This document shows, piece after piece, positions 19,756-31,110 of a stretch of 64,000 bases of DNA (position 1 is its first letter; each line of letters starts with the position of its first letter). Made by a program: the position numbers and the translations under genes. The notes beneath the pieces are model-generated. The model worked only from the letters and a program-made list of their open reading frames with translations. It was not told the DNA's origin and did no database searches. This DNA comes from Minisyncoccia bacterium. Its GTDB lineage: Bacteria; Patescibacteriota; Minisyncoccia; Phycocordibacterales; UBA918. The stretch spans positions 156,549 through 220,548 of the forward strand of contig JBKJIT010000003.1 in assembly GCA_046598345.1 (NCBI GenBank), in the 5' to 3' direction.

Positions 19756-20964
19756 ATGCTCTTTTCTTATAAAGCAATTGATCAAAACAGCACACCGCGC
19801 GAAGGCACGGTGGAGGCAAAGAGCACTGAGTCTGCGATTCAAACCGTGCAGGATAGAGGGTATACCATTATTTCAGTTGAGCCGCTGAATGAGAAAACCT
19901 CCGCGCTTAACATAGAAATCAAGTGGTTTGAGCGCGTATCAATGAAGGAGATTGTAATCCTTTCAAGACAGGTAGCTACGCTCTTTGAGGCACAGGTATC
20001 CGCGCTCCGCGTGTTTCGCCTTCTTGCAGCGGAAAGTGAGAACCCAAAGATGCAGAGCATTCTCACCGCCATATCAGATGATTTGCAGGGCGGAAGTTCA
20101 ATTTCCCGTGCACTCGCGCATCATCCGGATGTATTTTCGCCGTTTTATGTCAGCATGGTTCGCTCAGGTGAAGAATCAGGAACCCTTGAAAAGGTATTTA
20201 TGTACCTCGCGGATTATTTGGACCGCACGTACCAAGTCGTTACGAAAGCGCGAAATGCACTGATCTACCCGGCCTTTGTGATAGCCATTTTTATCGCGGT
20301 TATGCTCCTTATGCTCACGATGGTTATTCCACGCATCAGTGAAATTCTCATTAGTTCTGGAGGAGAAATTCCGATTTATACAAAGATTGTAATGAGTATC
20401 TCAAGCTTCTTCGCAAACTACATTGGTCTCATTCTTGTGTTTGTGGCGCTCGGGGGTTTTGTGTTCTGGCAATTTATGCGCACTGAAGTAGGGAAGCGTG
20501 CCGTTGACGAATTTAAGCTACGGGTTCCAATTATTGGAGATCTCTACGAAAAGCTTTTCCTCACTCGCATCTGCGACAATCTTTCTACAATGCTTGGAAG
20601 CGGCATCTCAATGGTCCAGGCGCTTGAAATCACGGCTGAGGTTGTCGACAACGCGGTCTATCGCGAAATTATCGAAGATACGCTCGTTGATGTGAAGGGT
20701 GGGAAATCGTTTGCGGACTCTATTTCTGAGTATCCCGAGATTCCTGGGGTACTTGCCCAAATGAGTAAGGTTGGTGAAGAAACGGGTAAACTGGGGGATA
20801 TTTTGGATACGCTTTCAACATTTTATAGACGCGAGGTAAATAATTCGGTTGATACGCTCATTTCACTTATTGAGCCTGCGATGATTGTGCTTCTCGGCCT
20901 TGGGGTGGGGACTTTGTTGGCTTCTGTACTAATACCTATCTACAACATCACCGGAAGCGTTTAG
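19756..20964 (+). CDS. pilC: type IV pilus inner-membrane platform protein PilC (GspF family)
   Basis: two repeats of the GspF domain; about 400 aa with three TM regions. Confidence 0.85.
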   Translation: MLFSYKAIDQNSTPREGTVEAKSTESAIQTVQDRGYTIISVEPLNEKTSALNIEIKWFERVSMKEIVILSRQVATLFEAQVSALRVFRLLAAESENPKMQSILTAISDDLQGGSSISRALAHHPDVFSPFYVSMVRSGEESGTLEKVFMYLADYLDRTYQVVTKARNALIYPAFVIAIFIAVMLLMLTMVIPRISEILISSGGEIPIYTKIVMSISSFFANYIGLILVFVALGGFVFWQFMRTEVGKRAVDEFKLRVPIIGDLYEKLFLTRICDNLSTMLGSGISMVQALEITAEVVDNAVYREIIEDTLVDVKGGKSFADSISEYPEIPGVLAQMSKVGEETGKLGDILDTLSTFYRREVNNSVDTLISLIEPAMIVLLGLGVGTLLASVLIPIYNITGSV

Positions 20965-21185
20965 CGGATTCTCGCACACTTCTTTGTTGCTTCAGTCATA
21001 GTATGTCTCGTCGTATATTAAATACGCCTCAACAGACTATTTCCTTTGCGCCTCGAATTGTACTGAGAATCCGCTAAACGCTTTTGTTATATGTGCTGTC
21101 CACAGCAGTAAGCCAAATTGTAACGAAAGCTCGTATAATGGATGTAACCACACTACGTGGAGCAATAATTATTTATTTATAAATT

Positions 21186-21680
21186 ATGATGAAAATCAAT
21201 ACATTCAAACGAGGCTTCACTCTCATCGAGCTCCTCGTAGTAATCGCGATCATCGGTATCCTCGCATCCGTTGTTCTCGCATCACTAAACACAGCTCGAA
21301 GTAAAGGGTCTGACGCAGCTGTTAAGTCAAATGTGAACGGTATCCGTGTTGGTGCAGAAGTTGTGTATGACAACCTTGCTAACAGATACAGTTCCGTAGC
21401 TGATGCGTATTCAGCAGCATGCGGGGCGATAGCTATAGCAACTCCAGCTACCTTTGTATTTAACGATTCTAATGTTCAAGCACAAGTAGATGGTGCAGTA
21501 ACTGCTGGAGGTCTTGAATCGAAATGCGCTTATGGAGCAACTTTCTATGTAATCGCTGTTCCTCTTAAGTCCACACCAACTCAAGCATGGTGTGTTGATA
21601 GTACTGGTGCAGCAACTACAATCACATTTGCAAACTTCACTGCGGCAACAGATGTGACGTGTGCACTTGCAGGAACGTAA
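21186..21680 (+). CDS. type IV pilin (prepilin with class III signal)
   Basis: N-terminus KRGFTLIELLVVIAIIGILASVVLASL, the G/F cleavage-methylation motif. Confidence 0.8.
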   Translation: MMKINTFKRGFTLIELLVVIAIIGILASVVLASLNTARSKGSDAAVKSNVNGIRVGAEVVYDNLANRYSSVADAYSAACGAIAIATPATFVFNDSNVQAQVDGAVTAGGLESKCAYGATFYVIAVPLKSTPTQAWCVDSTGAATTITFANFTAATDVTCALAGT

Positions 21681-21696
21681 AAAATACAATTTTGAC

Positions 21697-21724
21697 AAAA
21701 AACACCCTTTAAGGGTGTTTTTTG
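21697..21724 (+). terminator. rho-independent terminator aaaaaacaccctttaagggtgttttttg after the pilin gene
   Basis: hairpin followed by a T run. Confidence 0.6.
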
Positions 21725-21791
21725 TTTTCCACAAGGTTTATGTTTAGTTACATAATTATTTGTCGTTGTACGCTACACTTAATTATTCTTA

Positions 21792-22277
21792 ATGAATCAA
21801 AATTCAAACATAAGAGGTTTTACTTTACTCGAGCTCCTCGTAGTAATAGCGATCATCGGTATCATGACATCAATTGCGATGATGGCGCTCTCTCAGTCAA
21901 AAAATAAAGGTGGAGATGGAGGCGTGAAACAAAATCTTGTGAATGCGCGAGCGCAAGCAGCTTTTTACTATAATGGTTCCGCAACCAGCTCAGATTCCTA
22001 CACCGGGGGAGTCTCGGGGAATATGTGTAACGATGCGCGTAATGGTGTGTATCGACAAGTGCAAGCTGCCGCAAGGGCTGCAGGGTTAACTCCTCAGGGA
22101 ACTTATGCGAATAATACAACGGGAACGGCTTCACTTGAGGTGTGTCATGCTATAGCTACTCAATTCGCAATTTGGGTTCCTCTCAAGCAGGGTAATGGAT
22201 GGTGTATTGATAGCGCTGGTGCTTCTAGAAATACAGCCCCTCTTGACCAGGCAGGAAATCAATATGTTTGCCCTTAA
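21792..22277 (+). CDS. type IV pilin (second copy)
   Basis: N-terminus IRGFTLLELLVVIAIIGIMTSIAMMAL. Confidence 0.8.
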   Translation: MNQNSNIRGFTLLELLVVIAIIGIMTSIAMMALSQSKNKGGDGGVKQNLVNARAQAAFYYNGSATSSDSYTGGVSGNMCNDARNGVYRQVQAAARAAGLTPQGTYANNTTGTASLEVCHAIATQFAIWVPLKQGNGWCIDSAGASRNTAPLDQAGNQYVCP

Positions 22278-22312
22278 AACGATCATAGAATGGAGACTTA
22301 CTGGTACGTCCC

Positions 22313-23025
22313 ACTCCATAGGTCTGCCCTATGAGAACACAATATTTGCTGTTAGCATAGTGGTATGGCAAATCGATATTACAATTTCGTAGAACATGAG
22401 TTCTACCACATATACAATCGTGGAAATAGTAAGCAAACTATTTTTAAGGAAGAAAGTGATTACGAACGGTTTAATAAACTGCTGTATATTGCTAACAATA
22501 ATAAGCGCTTCGTGCTTCGGGAGCTTGATACCGGCAATGTGTTTGACTTAGAACGAGAGGATCAATTGGTACACATAGGAGCCTATTGCCTCATGCCAAA
22601 TCATTATCACCTCCTGCTCACTCCTGCGCAAGAAAATGGTATTCCACGTTTCATGCGGAAACTTGCAACAGGTTATGCAGCTTATTTTAATAAAAAATAT
22701 TTTAGAACGGGAGGGTTGTTTGAGGGACCCTATAAAGCACGCTGGGCTGATTCGGACAGATACTTAAAGTACCTCTTTTCGTATATTCATCTCAACCCAT
22801 ACAGAAGTAAAGATGAAAATCATAAAAACACCATTGTGGCATCTAGACTTAATGAGTATCGTCATTCGAGTCTTCCTGATTACCTGGGAGAAAAAAGACA
22901 ACTTGGAAAAATCCTCTCGTACAAAGCATTTCCTGAATACTTCACTACAGTTAAAGATCAAATAGGGGAATTGATGGAGTGGCTTGACTATCAGGAAATT
23001 TAATGTGCCATAGGGCTGACCTATG
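22313..23025 (+). mobile_element. RAYT-like transposase gene flanked by short CATAGG-N5-CCTATG hairpins (REP-like), inserted between pilin gene and pilD
   Basis: hairpins ccataggtctgccctatg (22315-22332) and ccatagggctgacctatg (23008-23025) bracket the 22365..23003 ORF. Confidence 0.55.
22365..23003 (+). CDS. IS200/IS605-family Y1 (HUH) transposase, REP-associated tyrosine transposase (RAYT)-like
   Basis: LMPNHYHLLLTP (HuH motif) and RYLKYLFSYIHLNPY (the catalytic-Tyr YIHxNP motif), characteristic of PF01797-type transposases. Confidence 0.8.
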   Translation: MANRYYNFVEHEFYHIYNRGNSKQTIFKEESDYERFNKLLYIANNNKRFVLRELDTGNVFDLEREDQLVHIGAYCLMPNHYHLLLTPAQENGIPRFMRKLATGYAAYFNKKYFRTGGLFEGPYKARWADSDRYLKYLFSYIHLNPYRSKDENHKNTIVASRLNEYRHSSLPDYLGEKRQLGKILSYKAFPEYFTTVKDQIGELMEWLDYQEI

Positions 23026-23053
23026 TAAATAGGGACGAGGGTAGAATGGAGGG

Positions 23054-23896
23054 ATGGAAATTTTTGCCGAAAATTTTGGATATTTTTGGTACATCATGGT
23101 GTTTGTATTTGGGGCGATTGTCGGGAGTTTTCTCAACGTGGTCATTTACCGCATTCATACGGGACGTTCGCTTAATGGGCGTTCTCACTGCATGTCCTGT
23201 GGTACGACGCTCAAGTGGTATGAGTTATTTCCCATTTTTTCATACCTCGCACTTAGGGCTCGTTGTCGGCATTGTGAGGCATACATCCCGAATCGGTATC
23301 TCGTAGTCGAATTGCTTACTGGCGCGTCGTTTGCATTTTTATGGTCTCTCTCAGCTCCTAACCTCTGGCTTTTTGCTTTATATGCTGGGCTCATCTCGGT
23401 GTGCATCATTATCGTAGTGTACGACATGCGACACACCATTATTCCTGACGAACTCACCATTCTTGTGGGAGTATTCGCTTTTCTCCTTCTTGGGTATGAA
23501 TACATGGAAACAAGGCAGGTAATCCCACTCCTTTACGACCTGCTTGCGGGAGTGAGTGCCGCGCTCTTTTTTGCTGGACTTTGGCTTGTGTCGAAGGGAC
23601 GATGGCTTGGCCTAGGAGACGCGAAGCTCGCGCTCCCACTCGGTATTATTGCAGGGTATTCTTCCGCGCTTTCCATGGTCGTCCTATCGTTTTGGGTCGG
23701 TGCTCTTATTAGTATTGTGCTCCTCTTGATCCAGAGCTTCCTCAGAAGGTGGAAAACTCACTTACCGTATCTCCCCGAAACCATTACAATGAAGAGTGAA
23801 ATCCCATTTGCTCCGTTTCTTATCGTGGGATTCATACTCGTTCTCTTTTTTCATGCAAATATTTTCACCATCACGAGTTACCTCTTACCGCTTTAG
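23054..23896 (+). CDS. pilD: prepilin peptidase PilD (A24 family)
   Basis: N-terminal CxxC...CxxC zinc motif (CMSCGTTL...CRHCEAYI), IVVYDMRHTIIPDE, GLGDAKL. Confidence 0.85.
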   Translation: MEIFAENFGYFWYIMVFVFGAIVGSFLNVVIYRIHTGRSLNGRSHCMSCGTTLKWYELFPIFSYLALRARCRHCEAYIPNRYLVVELLTGASFAFLWSLSAPNLWLFALYAGLISVCIIIVVYDMRHTIIPDELTILVGVFAFLLLGYEYMETRQVIPLLYDLLAGVSAALFFAGLWLVSKGRWLGLGDAKLALPLGIIAGYSSALSMVVLSFWVGALISIVLLLIQSFLRRWKTHLPYLPETITMKSEIPFAPFLIVGFILVLFFHANIFTITSYLLPL

Positions 23897-23912
23897 GAAG
23901 GGTAGAGAAGGT

Positions 23913-24488
23913 GTGCGTGGGTTTACGCTCCTTGAGATGATGGTCTCTGTTGCCATCATTGCTCTCATCACCGCCCTTGTGTTGGTAAAATTTGGTGCGT
24001 TTGAAAGTACGACGCTTCTTAAGGGCGCGGCGTACGAGCTCGCGCTTTCAATCCGCGACGCCCAAGTCTACTCAATCAGTGTGAAAGGAAATGCAGGCGG
24101 GTTTGATTACCCCTATGGGGTACATTTTGCAAAGTTAGGGACCACCTACACGTTTTTTAGAGATGAAAATTCTCAATCTGGTCAGCTTTTCTATCTTGGT
24201 GGCACAGACACTCCTCTGAGTAGTCCAGTGGTCGGTAGGTCAATGCGTATAGAAGACTTATGTGTGTATACCACAGGAAGTCCAAACACATGTGTACCTG
24301 TCGATGCGCTCGATGTTTCATTCAGGCGGCCGGAATTTTATGCTTTATTTTATGCTGCCCAAGGAGAAGGAACATCGTATACTTCTGAGATAACGAAAGC
24401 CCAGGTAAAGCTCAAATCCACGAAGGGGACGGACATTTGGGTAATTGAGATCGGGCTATTGGGACACATTTCGGTGTTTAAGGGATAA
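23913..24488 (+). CDS. pseudopilin / minor pilin (prepilin-type N-terminal domain)
   Basis: GFTLLEMMVSVAIIALITALVL. A GTG at 23913 gives leader MRGFTLLE, preceded by AGGAAGG and lying just after the pilD stop; the track's ATG at 23796 would overlap pilD by 100 nt. Confidence 0.6.
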   Translation: MRGFTLLEMMVSVAIIALITALVLVKFGAFESTTLLKGAAYELALSIRDAQVYSISVKGNAGGFDYPYGVHFAKLGTTYTFFRDENSQSGQLFYLGGTDTPLSSPVVGRSMRIEDLCVYTTGSPNTCVPVDALDVSFRRPEFYALFYAAQGEGTSYTSEITKAQVKLKSTKGTDIWVIEIGLLGHISVFKG

Positions 24489-24491
24489 CGT

Positions 24492-25100
24492 ATGCAGTTA
24501 CTTCATAAGAAAAACAAATATTCTCAGACCTCACACGGTTTTTCTCTGATTGAACTTATGGTGTCGCTCTCACTTTTTGCGATCGTCATGGTAATTAGCA
24601 TTAGCACGCTCCTCACCATTATTGATGCAAATGGAAAAGCACAGGCCCTCTACTCAGCTATGACGAATATATCCTTTGCACTCGATAGTATGAGTAGAAA
24701 TATTCGTACAGCCTCGGAGCATAATTGTGCTTCAGACCCAGTTTGGACCTCACTTCCAACTGATCCACAGGATTGTCCGACAGGTAATGCTATTGCCTTT
24801 CTGCGACAAAAGGACGGCGCTCGCACTGCATATCGACTCAATTCGGGAACTATAGAGCAGCGAGTAATCAATGCTTCAAGCATTGATTCTGGCTGGCTAC
24901 CGATCACTGCTTCGTCAACAGTCATTGACACATTTCGGGTTTCAGTAAGTGAGGCAGATGGGGTTGTTGATAATAAGCAAACCCAAGTCTCGCTTCTCAT
25001 TAAGGGTTACGTCTCAAATGGACTCGAGGCAAATACGAACTTCACCCTCCAGACGACCGTTACGCCCCGCGTATTAGATATCTACCACGATGTACCATGA
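24492..25100 (+). CDS. pseudopilin / minor pilin
   Basis: HGFSLIELMVSLSLFAIVMVISI N-terminal methylation motif. Confidence 0.7.
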   Translation: MQLLHKKNKYSQTSHGFSLIELMVSLSLFAIVMVISISTLLTIIDANGKAQALYSAMTNISFALDSMSRNIRTASEHNCASDPVWTSLPTDPQDCPTGNAIAFLRQKDGARTAYRLNSGTIEQRVINASSIDSGWLPITASSTVIDTFRVSVSEADGVVDNKQTQVSLLIKGYVSNGLEANTNFTLQTTVTPRVLDIYHDVP

Positions 25101-25684
25101 GTAATAGTAACAATCACAAATTCTTTAGAACGACTGAATCACGAGGTTTTACTCTAGTTGAAACCCTGGTTGCAATCACGATTCTTATCATGGCAGTTAT
25201 GGGTCCTATGACGATTGCGGCCCGAGGTATGCAAATGGGATTTTACGCAAACCAACAGACCACTGCGGTCTCACTTGCACAGGAATCCATCGAGTCCATT
25301 CAGAAGCTTCGAGATGATAACGCGCTTGAAGCATTTGTTGACACAGCAAATAATGGAACAGAAGACACATGGTCATGGTACAGTGCGTCAAACATAAGCT
25401 CATGCAAGAATGGTAGTTGTGACTATGATCCGACTACAAGTGGAAACTATCGGAATTGTACTTTGGGTTGCAGATTGTATCTTGAGACTGTGACAAATAA
25501 ATATGGATATGGAGCTGGTGCGCAGTCACCATTCACACGAACAATCCAGATCGGAGCTGTTTCGGGGGGAGGTGTACCTGTGACAGTAACAGTAAGTTGG
25601 AGTACACCGCTTTTTTCAACAACTCGGTCAGTGGTACTTCGAACATGGGTATATGACCATTATGAGTTCTTTGAGACTAATTAA
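25097..25684 (+). CDS. pseudopilin / minor pilin
   Basis: RGFTLVETLVAITILIMAVMGP N-terminal motif. Confidence 0.7.
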   Translation: MSNSNNHKFFRTTESRGFTLVETLVAITILIMAVMGPMTIAARGMQMGFYANQQTTAVSLAQESIESIQKLRDDNALEAFVDTANNGTEDTWSWYSASNISSCKNGSCDYDPTTSGNYRNCTLGCRLYLETVTNKYGYGAGAQSPFTRTIQIGAVSGGGVPVTVTVSWSTPLFSTTRSVVLRTWVYDHYEFFETN

Positions 25685-25687
25685 TAT

Positions 25688-26275
25688 ATGAGTAAGCAAC
25701 ATAACAAAGGGTTTGCGCTCCTCATTACGATTTTGCTCGTGACCGTACTACTTGGAATTAGTAGTTCACTTCTCAATGTGGTTTTAAAGCAATACCAGCT
25801 TTCAGGCATATCCAATGCATCCGAAACTGCATTTCAAGCTGCAAATGCGGGGCTTGAATGTGCTCTATACCATGATTTTTTAAATTATCCATACACAAGC
25901 ACAGCAAGTCCATTTGACGTACTAGCATCACCCGGAACCTCTGGTGAAGCTAGCATAGGGTGCTTTGGTGGTGTCGCAATTGCAGATAGTGAAACTCTAA
26001 CAAACACAAAATCAAGTGGTGAAGAACAGAGATTCGAATTTTCATGGCCCACGGGAAGTGCCAGTCTTTGTACTAAGGTGAGTGTGTATAAATTTTATAG
26101 CACGAGTGCTTCTGTTTCTATGTCGACAGTTCTGGAGATCCCATCCTTTCCAGGTCGTTCATGTCCACAGGGAGCGATTTGTACAGTGATTAAATCACGA
26201 GGATATAATGCAGCCTGTGCTGATATCACTACCAATCCGCGAGTTGTTGAACGTGAGCTCATCAAGGTCTACTGA
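25688..26275 (+). CDS. PilX-like minor pilin
   Basis: KGFALLITILLVTVLLGISSSL N-terminal hydrophobic helix after a short leader. Confidence 0.55.
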   Translation: MSKQHNKGFALLITILLVTVLLGISSSLLNVVLKQYQLSGISNASETAFQAANAGLECALYHDFLNYPYTSTASPFDVLASPGTSGEASIGCFGGVAIADSETLTNTKSSGEEQRFEFSWPTGSASLCTKVSVYKFYSTSASVSMSTVLEIPSFPGRSCPQGAICTVIKSRGYNAACADITTNPRVVERELIKVY

Positions 26276-26338
26276 TTCACCATTCGGCTCTCAAAGAATC
26301 ACGAGAATTTCAGGAAAAGCTTAATATGCTATCTTTAA

Positions 26339-28390
<2,052 letters not shown>

Positions 28391-28436
28391 TGGCTCTGTA
28401 GCGGCACCGCGTGGTTAATGCTACTATACGCGAAAT

Positions 28437-28742
28437 TTGAAACACATCATGGACCGCGCAAACATTGAAAAACTTGCCCGCATGGCTCGTATAGAACTTC
28501 AGGAAGACGAAGCAGATATTCTTGCAGAAAATATCACGTCAATCTTGAATTACGTGAGTGAAATTAGTGAAATTACGGGAGATAAGGAAGTGGAAAAGAA
28601 AGCTGGTCCTCTTCATAATGTCTTTCGGGAGGATGGTAAGCCACATGCGCCGGGAATCTATACAGACGATCTGCTTAAGGCGGCACCGAATCGGGAGGGA
28701 ATGTATATAAAAGTAAAAAAGATTCTTGAAGATAAAAAATAG
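28437..28742 (+). CDS. gatC: Asp/Glu-tRNA(Asn/Gln) amidotransferase subunit C
   Basis: about 100 aa, IEKLARMARIEL...L..I..Y GatC pattern, directly upstream of gatA. Confidence 0.8.
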   Translation: MKHIMDRANIEKLARMARIELQEDEADILAENITSILNYVSEISEITGDKEVEKKAGPLHNVFREDGKPHAPGIYTDDLLKAAPNREGMYIKVKKILEDKK

Positions 28743-28743
28743 T

Positions 28744-30153
28744 ATGACTATTGAATCGCTTCGAAAAAAATTTATTGAAGGTAGTTACACGCCACTCGAT
28801 GCGTACCATGAGGTGCGGAAGGTTATCGATGCAAAGAATCCAGAACTGAATGCATTTCTCCATGTTTATGATGCAGAAGGAGAGGCAGAGAGTGCAACAA
28901 AGCGTTACGCAGAGGAAGGCGATGCGGCCCCTATGCTTCTGGGTATGCCGATTGCAGTGAAGAACAATATTCTCATGAAAGGGAAGGTGACGACCGCAGG
29001 GTCACGAATGCTCGAGAAGTATGTTGCGTCGTTTGATGCGACGGTAATCGCACGCATGAAGGCCGAGGGCCCAGTATTTGTCGGGGATACCAACCTGGAT
29101 GAATTTGCGATGGGTTCTTCGACAGAAAATTCCGCGTTTGGAGTTACCAAGAATCCTATCGATCCAACGCGTGTCCCGGGAGGCTCATCGGGAGGCTCTG
29201 GTGCTGCGGTGGCAATGGGAGCGGCGGTTGCTGCACTTGGTACTGATACAGGAGGCTCAGTGCGCCTCCCGGGAAGTTTCTGTGGTGTTGTAGGCTTTAA
29301 GCCTACGTATGGCGCTGTTTCGCGCCATGGGCTTATTGCGATGGGTTCATCTCTAGATCAGGCCGGGACCATCACGAACAATGTGAGAGACTCGGAAATC
29401 ATTTTTAATACAGTACGCGGTGAAGATAGGATGGACGCAACGACCATTACGAAAGACACCTATCCACTCGTTTCTACTAAAGAGCGCTACCGAATCGGCG
29501 TACCACGAGATTTTCTCAAAGAAGGTATTGATGCGGATATTCTTGCGGTGTTTGAAAAGAAGATTGAAGCACTAACGCTAGCTGGTCACGAGGTTGTCGA
29601 TGTATCGCTTCCCTTAATGAAGAAAGGGCTCGCGGCGTACTACATCGTGATGCCTGCTGAAGTATCTTCCAATTTGGCGAGGTACGATGGTGTGCGCTAC
29701 GGCCTCCATGTGCCGGGTGACAATCTCCTCGAGGATTATTTGAAGACGCGAGCGGAAGGTTTCGGGGCTGAGGTAAAGCGAAGAATTTTACTCGGAACAT
29801 ACGTACTCAGTGCGGGGTACTACGATGCGTATTACGGAAAGGCTGAACGAGTCCGGGCGCTTATGCGGGATGAGCTCGCGCAGGCATTTGCTGATATTGA
29901 TCTCATAATGACGCCAACTGCTCCTATTGTGCCACCCAAGATCGGAGAAAAGAGCGATCCGCTTTCTATGTATCTCTTGGATATTTGTACCGTTTCAGTA
30001 AATCTTACCGGTGTGCCAGCCATTTCTATTCCAAGTGGCAGTGTAGAACGCGACGGAACAGCACTCCCGGTTGGGGTACAATATATAGCACCACTTAATG
30101 GTGACGACCGCCTCTTCGATTTCGGCAAAAGAATTTTTGACGAATCTTTGTAG
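28744..30153 (+). CDS. gatA: Asp/Glu-tRNA amidotransferase subunit A (amidase family)
   Basis: amidase signature GGSSGGSGAAVA and the Ser-cisSer-Lys triad context; ATG at 28744 lies 1 nt after the gatC stop; the track's start at 28726 is a TTG inside gatC. Confidence 0.9.
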   Translation: MTIESLRKKFIEGSYTPLDAYHEVRKVIDAKNPELNAFLHVYDAEGEAESATKRYAEEGDAAPMLLGMPIAVKNNILMKGKVTTAGSRMLEKYVASFDATVIARMKAEGPVFVGDTNLDEFAMGSSTENSAFGVTKNPIDPTRVPGGSSGGSGAAVAMGAAVAALGTDTGGSVRLPGSFCGVVGFKPTYGAVSRHGLIAMGSSLDQAGTITNNVRDSEIIFNTVRGEDRMDATTITKDTYPLVSTKERYRIGVPRDFLKEGIDADILAVFEKKIEALTLAGHEVVDVSLPLMKKGLAAYYIVMPAEVSSNLARYDGVRYGLHVPGDNLLEDYLKTRAEGFGAEVKRRILLGTYVLSAGYYDAYYGKAERVRALMRDELAQAFADIDLIMTPTAPIVPPKIGEKSDPLSMYLLDICTVSVNLTGVPAISIPSGSVERDGTALPVGVQYIAPLNGDDRLFDFGKRIFDESL

Positions 30154-30176
30154 GACCGCACCTGTGCGTAGGTTCT

Positions 30177-30782
30177 ATGTACCCCACAGTAAATATTGAT
30201 GAACAAACGATAGAAGGCCCTGGGCTCGATGCATTTCTTAGCATTGGGGATTCATTTCCTGGTCTCTCAGGGTTCTTTGGTGGTTTTCTGAATGGCTTGG
30301 AACACTGGTGGAGTATTTACTCTATATTTGCGATGGTCCTGTCACTCGTGTTTTTCCTTGGATTTATTTATGCTCGAATTCGGTTTGGCGAACAGATCGA
30401 AATTGAGCAACAGGGTCTGCGTAAAGAAGAGGAAAAGTGGCGACTCAAGTATGAAGCTGGTTCAACAGGGAATAGTCGGTGGTCACAAATTCAAGAACAC
30501 GTACGTGATGATAGTCCCTCTGCGTGGCGTATTGCGATTATTGAAGCTGATATCCTGCTTGAAGAAACACTCACCAATGCGGGGTACGTGGGAATGACTA
30601 TTGGAGAAAAGCTCAAAGGGGCAAACCCGCTTTCATTTACGACGCTCCATGATGCGTGGGAAGCGCACAAAGTGCGTAATGAAATTGCGCACGCAGGGAG
30701 CGATTTTGTGCTTACGAAAAAAATTGCAGCGGAAACTATCGTACGATTTGAGCGTGTGTTTCGAGAATTTGGAGTGATTTAG
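30177..30782 (+). CDS. hypothetical membrane protein (201 aa)
   Basis: one TM segment (IYSIFAMVLSLVFFLGFIYA); no motif recognised. Confidence 0.5.
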   Translation: MYPTVNIDEQTIEGPGLDAFLSIGDSFPGLSGFFGGFLNGLEHWWSIYSIFAMVLSLVFFLGFIYARIRFGEQIEIEQQGLRKEEEKWRLKYEAGSTGNSRWSQIQEHVRDDSPSAWRIAIIEADILLEETLTNAGYVGMTIGEKLKGANPLSFTTLHDAWEAHKVRNEIAHAGSDFVLTKKIAAETIVRFERVFREFGVI

Positions 30783-30784
30783 TA

Positions 30785-30827
30785 ACAAGAACAAGAAAAG
30801 ACTGGCATGAACCAGTCTTTTCTTGTT
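30785..30827 (+). terminator. terminator hairpin aacaagaaaagactgg-catgaa-ccagtcttttcttgtt
   Basis: 16-bp perfect stem immediately after the stop at 30782. Confidence 0.65.
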
Positions 30828-30848
30828 CTTGTTGCGGGGCCCGGAATC
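30826..30848 (-). repeat. isolated copy of the 3' end of tRNA-fMet (TCGATTCCGGGCCCCGCAACAAG in minus sense)
   Basis: cttgttgcggggcccggaatcga at 30826-30848 repeats the sequence at 30994-31016; the real tRNA lies about 150 nt away. Confidence 0.6.
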
Positions 30849-30967
30849 GACATCGAATCACTAGTTCACTTCGTTCATAAGTGTTCGTTAGCTCGGCTCA
30901 CTCATTTGACATTAGGAATAGTCAAATTGAGTTCCGCATGTTCGATTCCTGAGCACAAGAAACGAAA

Positions 30968-30990
30968 ACGCCAGCAAAAGCTGGCATTTT
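30968..30990. terminator. hairpin gccagcaaaagctggc with flanking A and T runs, terminator for minus-strand tRNA-fMet
   Basis: hairpin 10 nt after the tRNA 3' end in minus sense. Confidence 0.5.
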
Positions 30991-30998
30991 CTCTCTTG

Positions 30999-31069
30999 TT
31001 GCGGGGCCCGGAATCGAACCGGGGTCTGGAGGTTATGAGCCTCCCGAGGTACCTCTCCTCTACCCCGCG
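30999..31069 (-). tRNA. initiator tRNA-fMet (CAU)
   Basis: reverse complement CGCGGGGTAGAGGAGAGGTACCTCGGGAGGCTCATAACCTCCAGACCCCGGTTCGATTCCGGGCCCCGCAA is very close to E. coli tRNA-fMet; C1xA72 mismatch and A11-U24 pair (initiator hallmarks); anticodon loop CTCATAA; only 2 of the 3 G-C pairs at 29-31/39-41. Confidence 0.8.
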
Positions 31070-31110
31070 ATGTAATACTCCTATGAGTACATACGAATGT
31101 ACCGTATGTT

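Noticed and set aside
23796-23912. Pseudopilin start at ATG 23796, overlapping pilD by 100 nt
   Set aside because: It would give a 42-aa leader before the G/F cleavage motif. A GTG at 23913, preceded by AGGAAGG and just after the pilD stop, gives the canonical MRGFTLLE leader.
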